DNA of 64,000 nt. It comes from an uncultured Christensenella sp. GTDB taxonomy: Bacteria > Bacillota > Clostridia > Christensenellales > Borkfalkiaceae. Below are positions 42,871 to 52,777 of the stretch, one piece after another (the stretch's first letter is position 1; every line of letters starts with the position of its first letter). Position numbers and translations under genes: made by a program. Location of the stretch: NCBI GenBank assembly GCA_910578065.1, contig CAJTPB010000009.1, positions 17,149 through 81,148 of the forward strand, written 5' to 3'. The notes below the pieces were generated by a model, which saw only the letters and a program-made list of their open reading frames with translations, was not told the origin of the DNA and did no database searches.

Positions 42871-43759
42871 TACGAAAATCGCAGCAAAAAGCAACAAATT
42901 GGCAAGGGGAAAAAAGATCGCAAAAAAAGGGGGCTGTTACTTCTTTTTGGCGGCGTGCGCGTTTATCGTGCTGTTTCCCTTTTATGTAGCGGTGGTCACT
43001 TCGTTCAAGTTCCCCGCCGAAGCAAACAATCTCGATTTTACTTGGTGGCCGACGGAATTTACCTTTAACGGCTATAAAGACGTGTTCACCTATCGCGGCG
43101 GAAACACGGTGGAAGGTCCGCTGATCTTGCTCGGATTTTTAAATACGGTTTGGATGATTTTGCCCCGTTCGCTGATAAGCACCGTGCTTGCAGGCATGGC
43201 GGGCTATGCGTATGCGAAACTGCGCTTCCGCGCGAAGAACGGCATGTTCGGCTTTTTAATGGCGACGATGATGGTGCCGGGGGTGATTACGCTGATTCCT
43301 TCGTATTTGCTCTTTTATCATCTCGGTTGGCTGAATACGCCGCTACCCGTAATCTTGCCCCCGCTTTTGGGCGGCACGGCAAGCGTGTTCTTTTTGCGGC
43401 AGTACTATATGGGCGTGCCTTCCGACATGATGGACGCCGCTTCGGTAGACGGGTTGGGGTATTTCGGAATTTACTTCCGCATTATGTTTCCCATCGCCAT
43501 GCCCGCGTTTTGGGCGCAGTTCGTGCTTGCGTTCGTGGGCGGTTATAACGAGTATTTGGGACCCATGCTGTACTTGAAAAACGCTTCGCTGCTCACCTTG
43601 CAGCTTGCGTTGCAGCAGTTTTCCAGTTCGCGGCAATATACCGATCCGAGTGCGGTAATGGCGGCGGCTTTGTGTGCCCTCGTGCCTACGGTCGCGCTGT
43701 TTATCGCGGCGCAAAAACAATTTATTTCGGGCATCGTTACGTCGGGCTTAAAACTTTGA
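42863..43759 (+). CDS. Carbohydrate ABC transporter permease (MalG/UgpE-like)
   Basis: 6 TM segments and EAA loop MDAASVDGLGYFGIYFRIMFP. Confidence 0.85.
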   Translation: MTDTKIAAKSNKLARGKKIAKKGGCYFFLAACAFIVLFPFYVAVVTSFKFPAEANNLDFTWWPTEFTFNGYKDVFTYRGGNTVEGPLILLGFLNTVWMILPRSLISTVLAGMAGYAYAKLRFRAKNGMFGFLMATMMVPGVITLIPSYLLFYHLGWLNTPLPVILPPLLGGTASVFFLRQYYMGVPSDMMDAASVDGLGYFGIYFRIMFPIAMPAFWAQFVLAFVGGYNEYLGPMLYLKNASLLTLQLALQQFSSSRQYTDPSAVMAAALCALVPTVALFIAAQKQFISGIVTSGLKL

Positions 43760-43785
43760 CGGTACGCAGAATAAAGGAGGAAATT

Positions 43786-45582
43786 ATGAGATTTTTAAAA
43801 AAGTGTGCGCCCGTGTTTGCGCTTGCGTGCGCGTTTGCGCTCGTCGGGTGCGGGGAAGATCCTACGTTTGAACAATCGTTGGGCTTTTCCGACGGCACCG
43901 TTGCGCAGGAAGACGCGCCCCTTTTGGGAAGAGAATACGATACGTCGCTGTTTTACCGCAACGATTTAACGCTGCGCGAAGTCGCCGATCCCGGAGTGAT
44001 CTACGTAAGCGAGGGGGAAGAGGCGGGCAAGCTGTTTTTATACGGCACGAGCAATTCCCTTTCCGTGCGCGGGATCGGGGTTTGGCAGTCGTCCGATTTG
44101 GTGCATTGGGATAGGTGCTCGGTCGCGTTCGACCCTTCGCCGCAGAGTTGGAGCTATTCCAACATTTGGGCGCCCGAAGTGGTTTACGACGCTCCTTCGC
44201 AAACGTATTACATGACTTATTCCGCGCGCAATTCCAACACGATCGCAAACGGCGGAAAATATTATGCAAACACGTATATCGGGCTTGCCACGGCAAGCAG
44301 TCCGCTCGGTCCTTTTCGGCAGTACACGGGAACGAACGCAAACGGCGACGAAATCGGTTTGGGCGATCCCGTTTTCGATCCCGCAAAGATCACTGCGGTA
44401 AACGGCGAACCGTGCGAAGAGGGAACGTACGCGCGCTATCGCTTTTTGGATTCTTCTTACTTTGTAGACGAAGACGGGCAGATATACCTTTATCTTTCGC
44501 GCGGGCAGGATAGATATCACATTTTGCAGGATACCGATATCGATTACGAAGCAATCAACGGCACTTCCGAACTGTGGGTCGTAAAGATGAAAGATTTCGC
44601 TTCGCCCGACTATGCTTCGTGCAAGCAGATTACCAAGGCGGGTTACAACACGGTAGAGGGGGAAACGGAAAACGATATCGAAGCGGAACGCGCCGCTACC
44701 GAGCGCATCAACGAAGCGCCGCAAATGACGCGGCGGGGCAGTTCGTACTATTTGACCTATTCGGTGGGCGGTACCTCTTCCAACCTCTATTCGGTTGCGC
44801 AGGCGGTGGGCGAAAGCCCGACGGGGCCTTTCCGCAAACTTTCCAAAGAGGAAGGCGGTCTGGTACTGGGCACCGAGATGAACTGGATCCAAACGGCGGG
44901 CACGGGGCATCACTGCGTAACGAAGATCGGGAACGAATTGTTCTTGTTTCACCACGAGGGGGCGGATCGGTACACCATCGATACCAACAACCGCGCGATC
45001 GGGTACGACAGAGCGGGCTTTTTAAAGAACGCCGCAGGTCAGGAAGTAATGGTTGCAAACGGACCGACTTCGTACAGCTTGCAGGCTTTACCGCAGGCGT
45101 TCAGCGGATATCGCAATATCGCGCCCGAAGCGGAAGTTTCCGCAAGCGGATTAAAAGAGGGAAGCGATAAAGCACATTTGACGGACGGATTTTTCGCTTC
45201 GCACGCGTACGGGGCAATCGGCGAAACGGAGTTCAACGCGGGGGAAACGGCTACGGTAACCCTTACCTTCGAAGATTACCGCAAGATCCGCGCGATCATG
45301 CTGTATAACAGTATCGACTATAATAAAATTTTCTATCAGATCGCGCGCATTACCCTGCGCGTGCGCACCGAAGGGGGCGCGTACGGCACGGTGACGGTGA
45401 ACAACGTCACCTTCCCGTTAGACGAGCGCACTTCGTACAGCTCGCAAGAGCTGATGTTTGCGGGAAGCAACCTCGTGCTCGACTTTAACGAGATCGCGGT
45501 AAAGTCCATCGAAATCACCTTCCGCGCGCCCCGCAGCGAAGGGGTTGTCGCGATCGGGGATATTTGGGTTCTCGGAAAATAA
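43786..45582 (+). CDS. Secreted GH43-family glycoside hydrolase lipoprotein with a C-terminal beta-sandwich (CBM-like) domain
   Basis: AGGAGG RBS, lipobox LVGC, ADPGVIY, SSDLVHWD, NIWAPEVVY, and the YYLTYS blade pattern. Confidence 0.8.
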   Translation: MRFLKKCAPVFALACAFALVGCGEDPTFEQSLGFSDGTVAQEDAPLLGREYDTSLFYRNDLTLREVADPGVIYVSEGEEAGKLFLYGTSNSLSVRGIGVWQSSDLVHWDRCSVAFDPSPQSWSYSNIWAPEVVYDAPSQTYYMTYSARNSNTIANGGKYYANTYIGLATASSPLGPFRQYTGTNANGDEIGLGDPVFDPAKITAVNGEPCEEGTYARYRFLDSSYFVDEDGQIYLYLSRGQDRYHILQDTDIDYEAINGTSELWVVKMKDFASPDYASCKQITKAGYNTVEGETENDIEAERAATERINEAPQMTRRGSSYYLTYSVGGTSSNLYSVAQAVGESPTGPFRKLSKEEGGLVLGTEMNWIQTAGTGHHCVTKIGNELFLFHHEGADRYTIDTNNRAIGYDRAGFLKNAAGQEVMVANGPTSYSLQALPQAFSGYRNIAPEAEVSASGLKEGSDKAHLTDGFFASHAYGAIGETEFNAGETATVTLTFEDYRKIRAIMLYNSIDYNKIFYQIARITLRVRTEGGAYGTVTVNNVTFPLDERTSYSSQELMFAGSNLVLDFNEIAVKSIEITFRAPRSEGVVAIGDIWVLGK

Positions 45583-45594
45583 GGAGGAAGAAAG

Positions 45595-48500
45595 ATGAAA
45601 AGAAAACTGTTAGTATCCCTCTTTTCGGCTGCGGCGCTTTGCGCGTGCATCGGCGCGGGCTGCGCCGTCGAGCCGACGGAAAGCGAACTGAACGGCATAA
45701 AAAATTTCGGGTTCGAAAATCCCGCGCACGAGAACGAATATCTTTCCCGCTATGCAACGGACGAAGGGTTTGAGATCGACGGCGTGCTAAGCGAAAACGT
45801 TTGGCAGGAAAACGGCACGGCGTTCACCTTCGAACACGAATCGAGCACGGCGGAAAACCCCGTTACGATGACGAGCAAAAGCTACCTCGGCGAAAAGGGG
45901 GTATACCTCGCGCTTTCGGTAAAAGATACGGCGGTGTACTACTCGCCTGATCGAAAGGCTTCGGGCAATACCTCTGTAGAAGTGTACCTCGGCGCGTTCG
46001 GCAAAACGGAATGGGACGGCAACAGTTTCCGCATTTCCGTCGTGCCCACGGGGAACGAAAGTTGCACCACCGAAATGCGCACCTACCGCACCAAAAAGGC
46101 GGCTTTTACGGGGGATACCGACACGCTGAAAGCGGAATGGAGCCTTTGGTACAAAGCGCATAAAGCGGCATGCCGTGTAAACGGCGCGGGCATCAACACG
46201 GGCTTTAACGAGGGGTACGACGTAGAATTGTTCGTGCCGTACGAAAGTTTGGGGATCGAACAAAAGCCGGAAGCGGTGCAGTACATGACGGCGTTTTACC
46301 ACGTAGAATCGGAAGCGACGAATGCAGACAGCGTTTGGACGAAGTGCGATCAAAACGTGGCGACAACCTCGCTCGGCGGCTGGCTGGTCGCAACGAACGA
46401 CGCGATCGGATATTATTCGGAAATGGCTGATCAAATCTTTGCCGAGAAAGACGGCTACATGACCATTGACGGCAAGCTGATCGAATCCGTTTGGCATGCG
46501 GAAAACGCGCTTACCTACCGCCCGAAGAACGCAGCTTACGGCACGGATGCTTCCGTTTCGACGATCGCTCACCTTTCCGATTTGGGCGTGTACGTCGGCA
46601 TGACGGTAAAAGACAGCAAGGTTTACGCAACGGGCGCGCGCAACGTAAAGTTCAACAGCGGCGTAGAACTGTGGGTACAGAGCGCGGACGCGGAAGCGGT
46701 AAACGAAAAATCGGTGCAGCTTCGCGTCGACGCGCTGGGCAACGTAAGCAAATGGCAGGGCACGGGCGCGACGGACGGCGGCGCCTTTGCCGAAAAATAC
46801 TTCCCTTCCATTTCGGCGGTAACGCTGCTCGGGTGCGAAAAGGTGAACGGCGCCGTGGCAAGCGATACGGCGGAAGGGTTCTGCGTAGAGGTGTTTATTC
46901 CTTGGTCTTCCCTCGGCATGAACGAAAAACCGAACTCGGTTGCGGTGTATCCTTCTTACGTGCACGCGGGCAACAATACCAATACGAACAACACCACCAA
47001 CGAATATTGGCAGTATTTCCAGCTCGCTTCGCAGACGGCGGCAAGAACGCAGTCGAAATCGGCGTTCCTGCGCCTTACGGACGGCGGCTTCGAAGGGGTT
47101 TTGATTACGGAAAGTTTTGCGTTCAACGCGGATGATTTACAGCAAGACGGCAGCTATAAAACCCGCTTCGATCTGATCAAAGAATACCGCCCCGCGCCCG
47201 CTTCGCAAAAGCTCGACTCTATCGCCGTGACCGATGCGGTTTGCGAAGAAGAGGGGATATCGATCACCCATTTGGGCGAAGGGGAATACGAAATCGTCTT
47301 CTCGCCGCAGGCGGTGCTCGCTTGCACGAACGGCAAAGAATTTACCCTGCGTTCGGGCGCGTTAAGCGCAACGGCTACGGCGCAATATCTGCCCGTTTTC
47401 TTCGACGGCGAGGTGAACGATTCGGAAGGCTACGCGCCCCCGTACAGCTTCGTCACGCAAGACAGCGGCGGAAAATACAACGAAATTACCGTAAATGCAA
47501 AACCCGTGTCCGCGGGCATGGTGCTTGCAATTACAATGCGATCTTCGTATATCAACTATCAAACAACGGAATTAGGAAACGGAAACAACGGCGGCGGCAT
47601 CGAGATTATGATGGCAAGCACCCCTTCGGCAACCGATACGAACGGCATTTGGTGGCGTCTGTTCGCAGACGGCAGCGCGCGCTGCGTGCGCGATCTAACC
47701 AAGGGCGCGCCGCTGAACGAGCGCACGAAAACGCCGCTCGGAAGCAGTTCGTACGCGGTGGGGTTAACGCCCGTCGATGCGGAAAATCCCGCAGAGGGCT
47801 ACTCTCGCATGACGGCGGAATTCTTTATTCCGTATGCGGCGGTCGGCGCAGCGGGCGCGGAAGATTTCTATTTCGTCGTCGGCGCGGTCGGCACAAAGGT
47901 TTCCGATAATTCTTCGCTTGCGATCCGCTGGGCAGACGGTTCCGCCGTTGCAAAACCTGCCGACGCACTGTGGACGAGCGCGGCTTCGGCGGGTGCGAAC
48001 CGCTTGCAAGATCAAACGGTAACGGTAACGTCAGAAGAGGGCGGCTGCTCGTTTAAAGTAAAAACGTCCGTCGGCGAATACACTTACGCGAAAGGTTTAA
48101 ATTTCGTGGGGGGGGGTACGGTAGCGGAAGGCGTGTTCGGCACGTATACTTGTACCCTTACGCAGCCGGCAACGCTAACCGCAACGCGTGGCGGACAAAC
48201 GGTAACCGTTACGGTCGTATACAACGCCGCGCTGTCATTGGACGGCACTGTAAACGACGGCGAATATACGGGGCATTTTACCTATCGCATCGGCGGCACG
48301 GGTATCGGGAAAGACGCAAACGATTACGCGGATATCAAAGTTTCTTACTACCTTTCTTCGTCCGCCCTATACCTCGCGTTCGAAGCGACGGAAAACACCG
48401 CGAAAACGCTTACGAATACGGGCGCGAACACAAACCAAGGATCGGCGGGAATGGACTTTGTGGTTGCTTCTGCCGAAAACAAGGCGAGTTATTACCGCGC

Positions 48501-48855
48501 GTATGCTTCGGGATTGATGCGCAAAAAATCGGTTGCGACGATCGCGACGGGTAGTTTCGGCGCGCCCGCGGCGCCTGCGGCGGAAAACTTTATGCGGGGC
48601 AGCCACACGGTAGAAGCGGGGCAGACGCAAAGCGGGATCACGCAATGGGCGATGGAATGGAAAATCGAATTTTCCGCGCACGGCGTTTCTTCCGCAGACG
48701 ATTTGCGCTTCCTGTTCGGGTGGATCAACGCGAACAACGCCGACCGTTTTTACGGTAAACTTACGGGGCAGACGAACGCGATTACCTCTTATGGCGAATA
48801 TTTCTCGCTTGCCGACATTATCGCGCTTGCCGAAGAAGAACAGGCGGGAGCGTGA
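45595..48855 (+). CDS. Large (1086 aa) surface lipoprotein with repeated carbohydrate-binding (CBM9/DOMON-like) modules
   Basis: Signal peptide with a Cys-containing lipobox-like site (LCACIGAGC). Modules recur of the form IDG.L.E.VW...... V(K/T)D..VY .... E(V/L)(Y/W). The family call comes from sequence pattern only. Confidence 0.6.
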   Translation: MKRKLLVSLFSAAALCACIGAGCAVEPTESELNGIKNFGFENPAHENEYLSRYATDEGFEIDGVLSENVWQENGTAFTFEHESSTAENPVTMTSKSYLGEKGVYLALSVKDTAVYYSPDRKASGNTSVEVYLGAFGKTEWDGNSFRISVVPTGNESCTTEMRTYRTKKAAFTGDTDTLKAEWSLWYKAHKAACRVNGAGINTGFNEGYDVELFVPYESLGIEQKPEAVQYMTAFYHVESEATNADSVWTKCDQNVATTSLGGWLVATNDAIGYYSEMADQIFAEKDGYMTIDGKLIESVWHAENALTYRPKNAAYGTDASVSTIAHLSDLGVYVGMTVKDSKVYATGARNVKFNSGVELWVQSADAEAVNEKSVQLRVDALGNVSKWQGTGATDGGAFAEKYFPSISAVTLLGCEKVNGAVASDTAEGFCVEVFIPWSSLGMNEKPNSVAVYPSYVHAGNNTNTNNTTNEYWQYFQLASQTAARTQSKSAFLRLTDGGFEGVLITESFAFNADDLQQDGSYKTRFDLIKEYRPAPASQKLDSIAVTDAVCEEEGISITHLGEGEYEIVFSPQAVLACTNGKEFTLRSGALSATATAQYLPVFFDGEVNDSEGYAPPYSFVTQDSGGKYNEITVNAKPVSAGMVLAITMRSSYINYQTTELGNGNNGGGIEIMMASTPSATDTNGIWWRLFADGSARCVRDLTKGAPLNERTKTPLGSSSYAVGLTPVDAENPAEGYSRMTAEFFIPYAAVGAAGAEDFYFVVGAVGTKVSDNSSLAIRWADGSAVAKPADALWTSAASAGANRLQDQTVTVTSEEGGCSFKVKTSVGEYTYAKGLNFVGGGTVAEGVFGTYTCTLTQPATLTATRGGQTVTVTVVYNAALSLDGTVNDGEYTGHFTYRIGGTGIGKDANDYADIKVSYYLSSSALYLAFEATENTAKTLTNTGANTNQGSAGMDFVVASAENKASYYRAYASGLMRKKSVATIATGSFGAPAAPAAENFMRGSHTVEAGQTQSGITQWAMEWKIEFSAHGVSSADDLRFLFGWINANNADRFYGKLTGQTNAITSYGEYFSLADIIALAEEEQAGA

Positions 48856-48860
48856 AGCGT

Positions 48861-50450
48861 ATGAAGTTAAAATCGATCGCCGCCCTTGCGCTTTGCGCGG
48901 CGGTGGCAGGCGGGATCGCGTGCGGCGCGCTTCCCGCAATCAAAGCGGAAGCCGCAGGTACGCCCATCGACGTATGGCTGATCGGCGGGCAGTCGAACGC
49001 GGTCGGGTACGCGCAGGATTCCCCTTCCGATCCCGACCCGCGTTACACGCAGGGGTTCGACAACGTGCTCTATTACGGCGCGTACGAAACGGATACAAAT
49101 TCCTGCCCGACCGACTTTGTCCCCGTCAAGTTGGGGCAAGGTAAAAATTGGAGCGGCGGCACAAAGGGCTCGGGCGCGGAAATCGGAATCGCTTCCGCTT
49201 TGGGCGATTCGCAGGGCAAAAACGCAATCATCAAATGCGCGTGGGGGGCAACCTTTCTGTATCCAGACCGCAGCGCAAGCGTTTCGCAAAGCCAAGGCAC
49301 GTGGACTTCGCCAAGCTATCAACAATCGTCGGGGCAGACGGGCGGTATGATCGGCAACCTGTATCGCCGCTTTCTGCAAACGGTGCAAACGGGATTGGGT
49401 AAGCTGAAAGCGCAGGGATACCTTCCTACCGTTCGCGGCATGTGGTGGATGCAGGGGGAAGCGGAATCGGGCACGTCGGCTTACGCCAACGCGTATGAAG
49501 CGTGTTTGACCGATTTTATTTCCGATATCAGAGGGGATCTTTCCGACGTCGCGGAAAGCGACCTTTCCGAAATGCCCTTCGTGCTGGGTAAAATATACCG
49601 CAACCCCGCGTATCCCGCGCAGGCGCATATCGATACGGTGCGCAGGGCGCAGCAACAGGTTGCCGATACGCTTGCGGGCGTGTTTGCGGTAGACTGCACG
49701 GGGCTTGCTCAGCAAGACGGCTGGCACTTTAAAGCGGACGCGCAAAAGTATTTGGGCGAACAGTTCGTTTCCGCCGTGCTCGCTTCGGAAGGCTTGCGCA
49801 AAGTTACGGTAAATGCCGAAAACGTTTCCGTTTCGGGCGCGGGCATTAAAGAAGCGGGGCAAACGGTTCGCCTGCGCGTTACGCCCAAACGCGGCTATCG
49901 GGTTACGGGCGTTTCGTACCGTCAAGCGGGCGGCGAAGAGATTTCTCTTTCGCAAACGGACGGCGTTTATAATTTTGTTATGCCCGATGCGAACGTAACC
50001 GTTACGGTAAAAACGCAAGCGCTCCCTTTGTACCGCGTAACGGAAATTACCGTGAACAGTGCGGACATGGGGTCTGTATTTCCCTCTGCCGAAGCAAAAA
50101 ACGGCTGGTACGAAGGGGAAAGCGTGCAGATTGCCGTACAGCCGAAAAGCGGATATCGAATTGCACGCGTTACGGTAAACGGGCAGGAAACCGCATGCGA
50201 TTCGGAGCGCAACGGATTGTATCTTTACACCGTTTCCTGTCTTGCGGACGTCGTGTTCCGCGCCGAGTTTACAAAGGCGGATACGCCGCCCGCCGCGGAA
50301 GAGCCGCCTGTGCCGACTCAGCCTTCGGAAGAAGAAAAGGCGGATAAAAATTACACGGGGCTTATCGTCGGTTGCAGCGTGGGCGGAGCCGCGCTATTGG
50401 GCGGGGGAGCCGCCGCGGCAGTAATCGTGTTAAAAAAGAAAAAGAAATAA
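48861..50450 (+). CDS. Sialate-O-acetylesterase-like (SASA/DUF303 SGNH-type) carbohydrate esterase with two Ig-like repeats, a Pro-rich stalk and a C-terminal TM anchor
   Basis: IDVWLIGGQSNAVGY (GQSN block) and MWWMQGEAE. The C-terminus is GLIVGCSVGGAALLGGGAAAAVIVLKKKKK. Confidence 0.75.
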   Translation: MKLKSIAALALCAAVAGGIACGALPAIKAEAAGTPIDVWLIGGQSNAVGYAQDSPSDPDPRYTQGFDNVLYYGAYETDTNSCPTDFVPVKLGQGKNWSGGTKGSGAEIGIASALGDSQGKNAIIKCAWGATFLYPDRSASVSQSQGTWTSPSYQQSSGQTGGMIGNLYRRFLQTVQTGLGKLKAQGYLPTVRGMWWMQGEAESGTSAYANAYEACLTDFISDIRGDLSDVAESDLSEMPFVLGKIYRNPAYPAQAHIDTVRRAQQQVADTLAGVFAVDCTGLAQQDGWHFKADAQKYLGEQFVSAVLASEGLRKVTVNAENVSVSGAGIKEAGQTVRLRVTPKRGYRVTGVSYRQAGGEEISLSQTDGVYNFVMPDANVTVTVKTQALPLYRVTEITVNSADMGSVFPSAEAKNGWYEGESVQIAVQPKSGYRIARVTVNGQETACDSERNGLYLYTVSCLADVVFRAEFTKADTPPAAEEPPVPTQPSEEEKADKNYTGLIVGCSVGGAALLGGGAAAAVIVLKKKKK

Positions 50451-50482
50451 AAGTATGCGCCCCGAACAAAAAAATTCGGGGT

Positions 50483-50738
50483 GCATTTTGTTTGTCGGAA
50501 CCGTTTGTATTGCTCTATAAAAAGGCTACATATATAGCCAAAGACGCACTTTTTTTGTTGAAAACCCTAATTGTTTTGTTCTGTGAAAAGGCTACATATG
50601 TAGCCAAGGGCGCATTTTTTGTCGGAATCGTTTGCTTTGTTCCGTGAAAAGGCTACATGTGTAGCCAAGGACCATTTTTTTCGGAATCGTAAGTATTGCT
50701 CCATAAAAGGCTACATGTGTAGCCAAGGGCGCACTTTG
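50483..50738. repeat. Four tandem ~58-66-bp repeats, each centred on the 16-bp palindrome GGCTACAT(A/G)T(A/G)TAGCC
   Basis: Palindrome cores at 50524-50539, 50590-50605, 50651-50666 and 50709-50724. They lie between convergent 3' ends. Confidence 0.8.
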
Positions 50739-50932
50739 CGCGGGGAAAATGAACGGAATCATGATATTTTTATTTGTTTTGTATCGATCACCCGCCGTAA
50801 AAAAATACGGGCAAAGCAAATCATGTTAATATAACTGTAAAAAATTCCGCCCGTGTGATACAAAAGCAAAACACGGGCGGGTTTCGTAAAAGCATTTTTA
50901 TTTTACGGGAACGGAAAGCGAAACGGTTATTT

Positions 50933-51568
50933 TCAGCGCGTTATAATTTTGCTGTACCCGTACGAATTGACGACTGCGTCCGTCTTAACGCCCGACTTGC
51001 AAAGGGGGCAACTTACGGGCGCGTACGAAGCGTAATTTAAAAGATCATCCGCCGAAAAAAGTTTTACCACAGGCACGTCTACTCCTTTAAACGCCGCGCC
51101 GAACACCGTCGCCGCGCCCACCGCTTCGCCGCCGTAATAGCGTATCCCTTCCACCGCCGCATTCACCGTCATACCGGTGGAGGCGGAAGCGGTTAAAAGC
51201 AGCACCCGCTGGTCTTTTATATAAGGCAAAAAGTTATCGCGCAAAATCATTTTATCGTCGGTAATTTCGGGCGAGATCACCGCGATATCTTGATGCAGGT
51301 TAATGCCCGAATGGGAAAGTTCGCTTGCGAGGAACGCGCCTACCATCTTCATACGCTCCAACGAAATAATCGTATCGATGGGGGTATTGCAGTAATGTTC
51401 CGCAAACATGCGCGCCGTCGTTTTCGCCATGCGCATTTGCGATTTTATTTTGGTCATGTCCACGCAGTAATTTACATGCGAGTGTTTTGTTGCAAAGTGA
51501 CCGGGTATTACCGTAACGGTAACCGCTCCGTTGCTGTTCGCCTTTAATTCGAACGCCCTTTTTTCCAT
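50933..51568 (-). CDS. Phosphoribosyltransferase-domain protein (orotate PRTase-like)
   Basis: PRPP-loop-like VLLLTASASTGMT; 211 aa. Confidence 0.65.
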   Translation of the reverse strand: MEKRAFELKANSNGAVTVTVIPGHFATKHSHVNYCVDMTKIKSQMRMAKTTARMFAEHYCNTPIDTIISLERMKMVGAFLASELSHSGINLHQDIAVISPEITDDKMILRDNFLPYIKDQRVLLLTASASTGMTVNAAVEGIRYYGGEAVGAATVFGAAFKGVDVPVVKLFSADDLLNYASYAPVSCPLCKSGVKTDAVVNSYGYSKIITR

Positions 51569-51683
51569 AATTCGTTAAACCCCTTTTCTTTTATTTTAAT
51601 ATAAAATCGCGCGAATGTAAAGAGCGAACGGAAAATTTTTTGCGCGAATGTGCGATTTTTTTGCCCCTCGGCGTTTAATCGGT

Positions 51684-51712
51684 TTGACTTTGTATTATAT
51701 TAGTAGTAGAAT
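51684..51712 (+). promoter_or_regulatory. Promoter of the hrcA-grpE-dnaK-dnaJ operon
   Basis: TTGACT, 17 nt, TAGAAT, immediately upstream of CIRCE. Confidence 0.6.
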
Positions 51713-51715
51713 GAT

Positions 51716-51742
51716 TTAGCACTTTCGGGCAGAGAGTGCCAA
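51716..51742 (+). promoter_or_regulatory. CIRCE operator (HrcA binding site)
   Basis: TTAGCACTT-N9-GAGTGCCAA, compared with the consensus TTAGCACTC-N9-GAGTGCTAA. Confidence 0.85.
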
Positions 51743-51754
51743 CGGGGAACAAAG

Positions 51755-52759
51755 ATGGACGAAACCATTTCCGAACGGAAAAAGAAAATTCTGCAAAGCG
51801 TGGTAAACGAGTACGTCGAATCGGCGATACCCGTATCCTCTAAGGCGATCACGCAAAAGCACATGACGGACGTTTCTTCCGCCACGGTGCGCAGCGAACT
51901 TGCCGCGCTCGAAGAAATGGGGTATTTGACGCAGTTCCATACTTCGGGCGGAAGGATCCCTTCCCCCAAGGCGTACAAGCTGTACATCGAAGAGTTGATG
52001 GAGCGCAGCGAACTTACATCCGAACAGGTAAATTTTATTCGCGAAAGTTTTGCGCGGCGCGCCTCGCATGCCGAAAGCATTGTAAAGAGCGTAGCCGATC
52101 TCATATCCGAACTGACCGACTATACTTCGGTCGCCCTCAGCGATCCTTCGGCGGAACGGGTAAAAAACGTAGGGCTGTTTCCGTGCGGAGATAAGGCGCT
52201 GCTGCTGCTCGTTACCGATCTGCGCATTTTAAAAGATTCGTTTATCGCCCTTCCCGAAGAGATGGAAGAGGAAGAACTCGCCCGCATTTCCGCGACTTTG
52301 CAGGCGGTGTTCGGGGGCAGAAGGTTAGACAGCGTGCGCGAAGCGGAAGCGGAGGCGATGAACGCGTTTACCTCTTACCGGCAGGTATGCAGAGAAATTT
52401 TAGACGCGCTGTTCGCTTATACAAGCCGCAAAGACGTGATCCTTTCGGGCGAGAGCAAGAGTTTGCAAAAGCCCGAATACGACGACGCGGAAAAGGTAAA
52501 AGAATTTCTTTCCCTTGTGGAAAGCAAAGAAAAGATACAAGGGCTTCTCGCCGAAGAAGATCCCGAAATTCGCATTCAGGTAAAGATCGGCGGGGAAGGA
52601 GTGCCCGAAGACTGTTCGCTCGTTTCGGCGAACTATTCGGTAGGGGGCAGACAGCTGGGCACGTACGGAGTGGTAGGTCCCGTGCGAATGGATTATGCGA
52701 AAGTGGTATCCGTTTTGGAAAACGTAGGGGAAATTCTTCAAAAACTGGTGAAAAATTAA
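51755..52759 (+). CDS. hrcA: Heat-inducible transcription repressor HrcA
   Basis: ERKKKILQSVVNEYVESAIPVSSKAI at the N-terminus, in an operon with grpE-dnaK-dnaJ. Confidence 0.9.
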   Translation: MDETISERKKKILQSVVNEYVESAIPVSSKAITQKHMTDVSSATVRSELAALEEMGYLTQFHTSGGRIPSPKAYKLYIEELMERSELTSEQVNFIRESFARRASHAESIVKSVADLISELTDYTSVALSDPSAERVKNVGLFPCGDKALLLLVTDLRILKDSFIALPEEMEEEELARISATLQAVFGGRRLDSVREAEAEAMNAFTSYRQVCREILDALFAYTSRKDVILSGESKSLQKPEYDDAEKVKEFLSLVESKEKIQGLLAEEDPEIRIQVKIGGEGVPEDCSLVSANYSVGGRQLGTYGVVGPVRMDYAKVVSVLENVGEILQKLVKN

Positions 52760-52777
52760 AAAACGGTGGTATAAATA

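Noticed and set aside
40609-50018. Long antisense ORFs (40609-41703, 44038-44955, 45787-46965 and 48867-50018, minus strand)
   Set aside because: They lie entirely opposite well-supported genes (SBP, GH43, CBM-repeat protein, esterase). They are Arg/Gly/Pro-rich shadow frames typical of GC-rich coding DNA and have no RBS.
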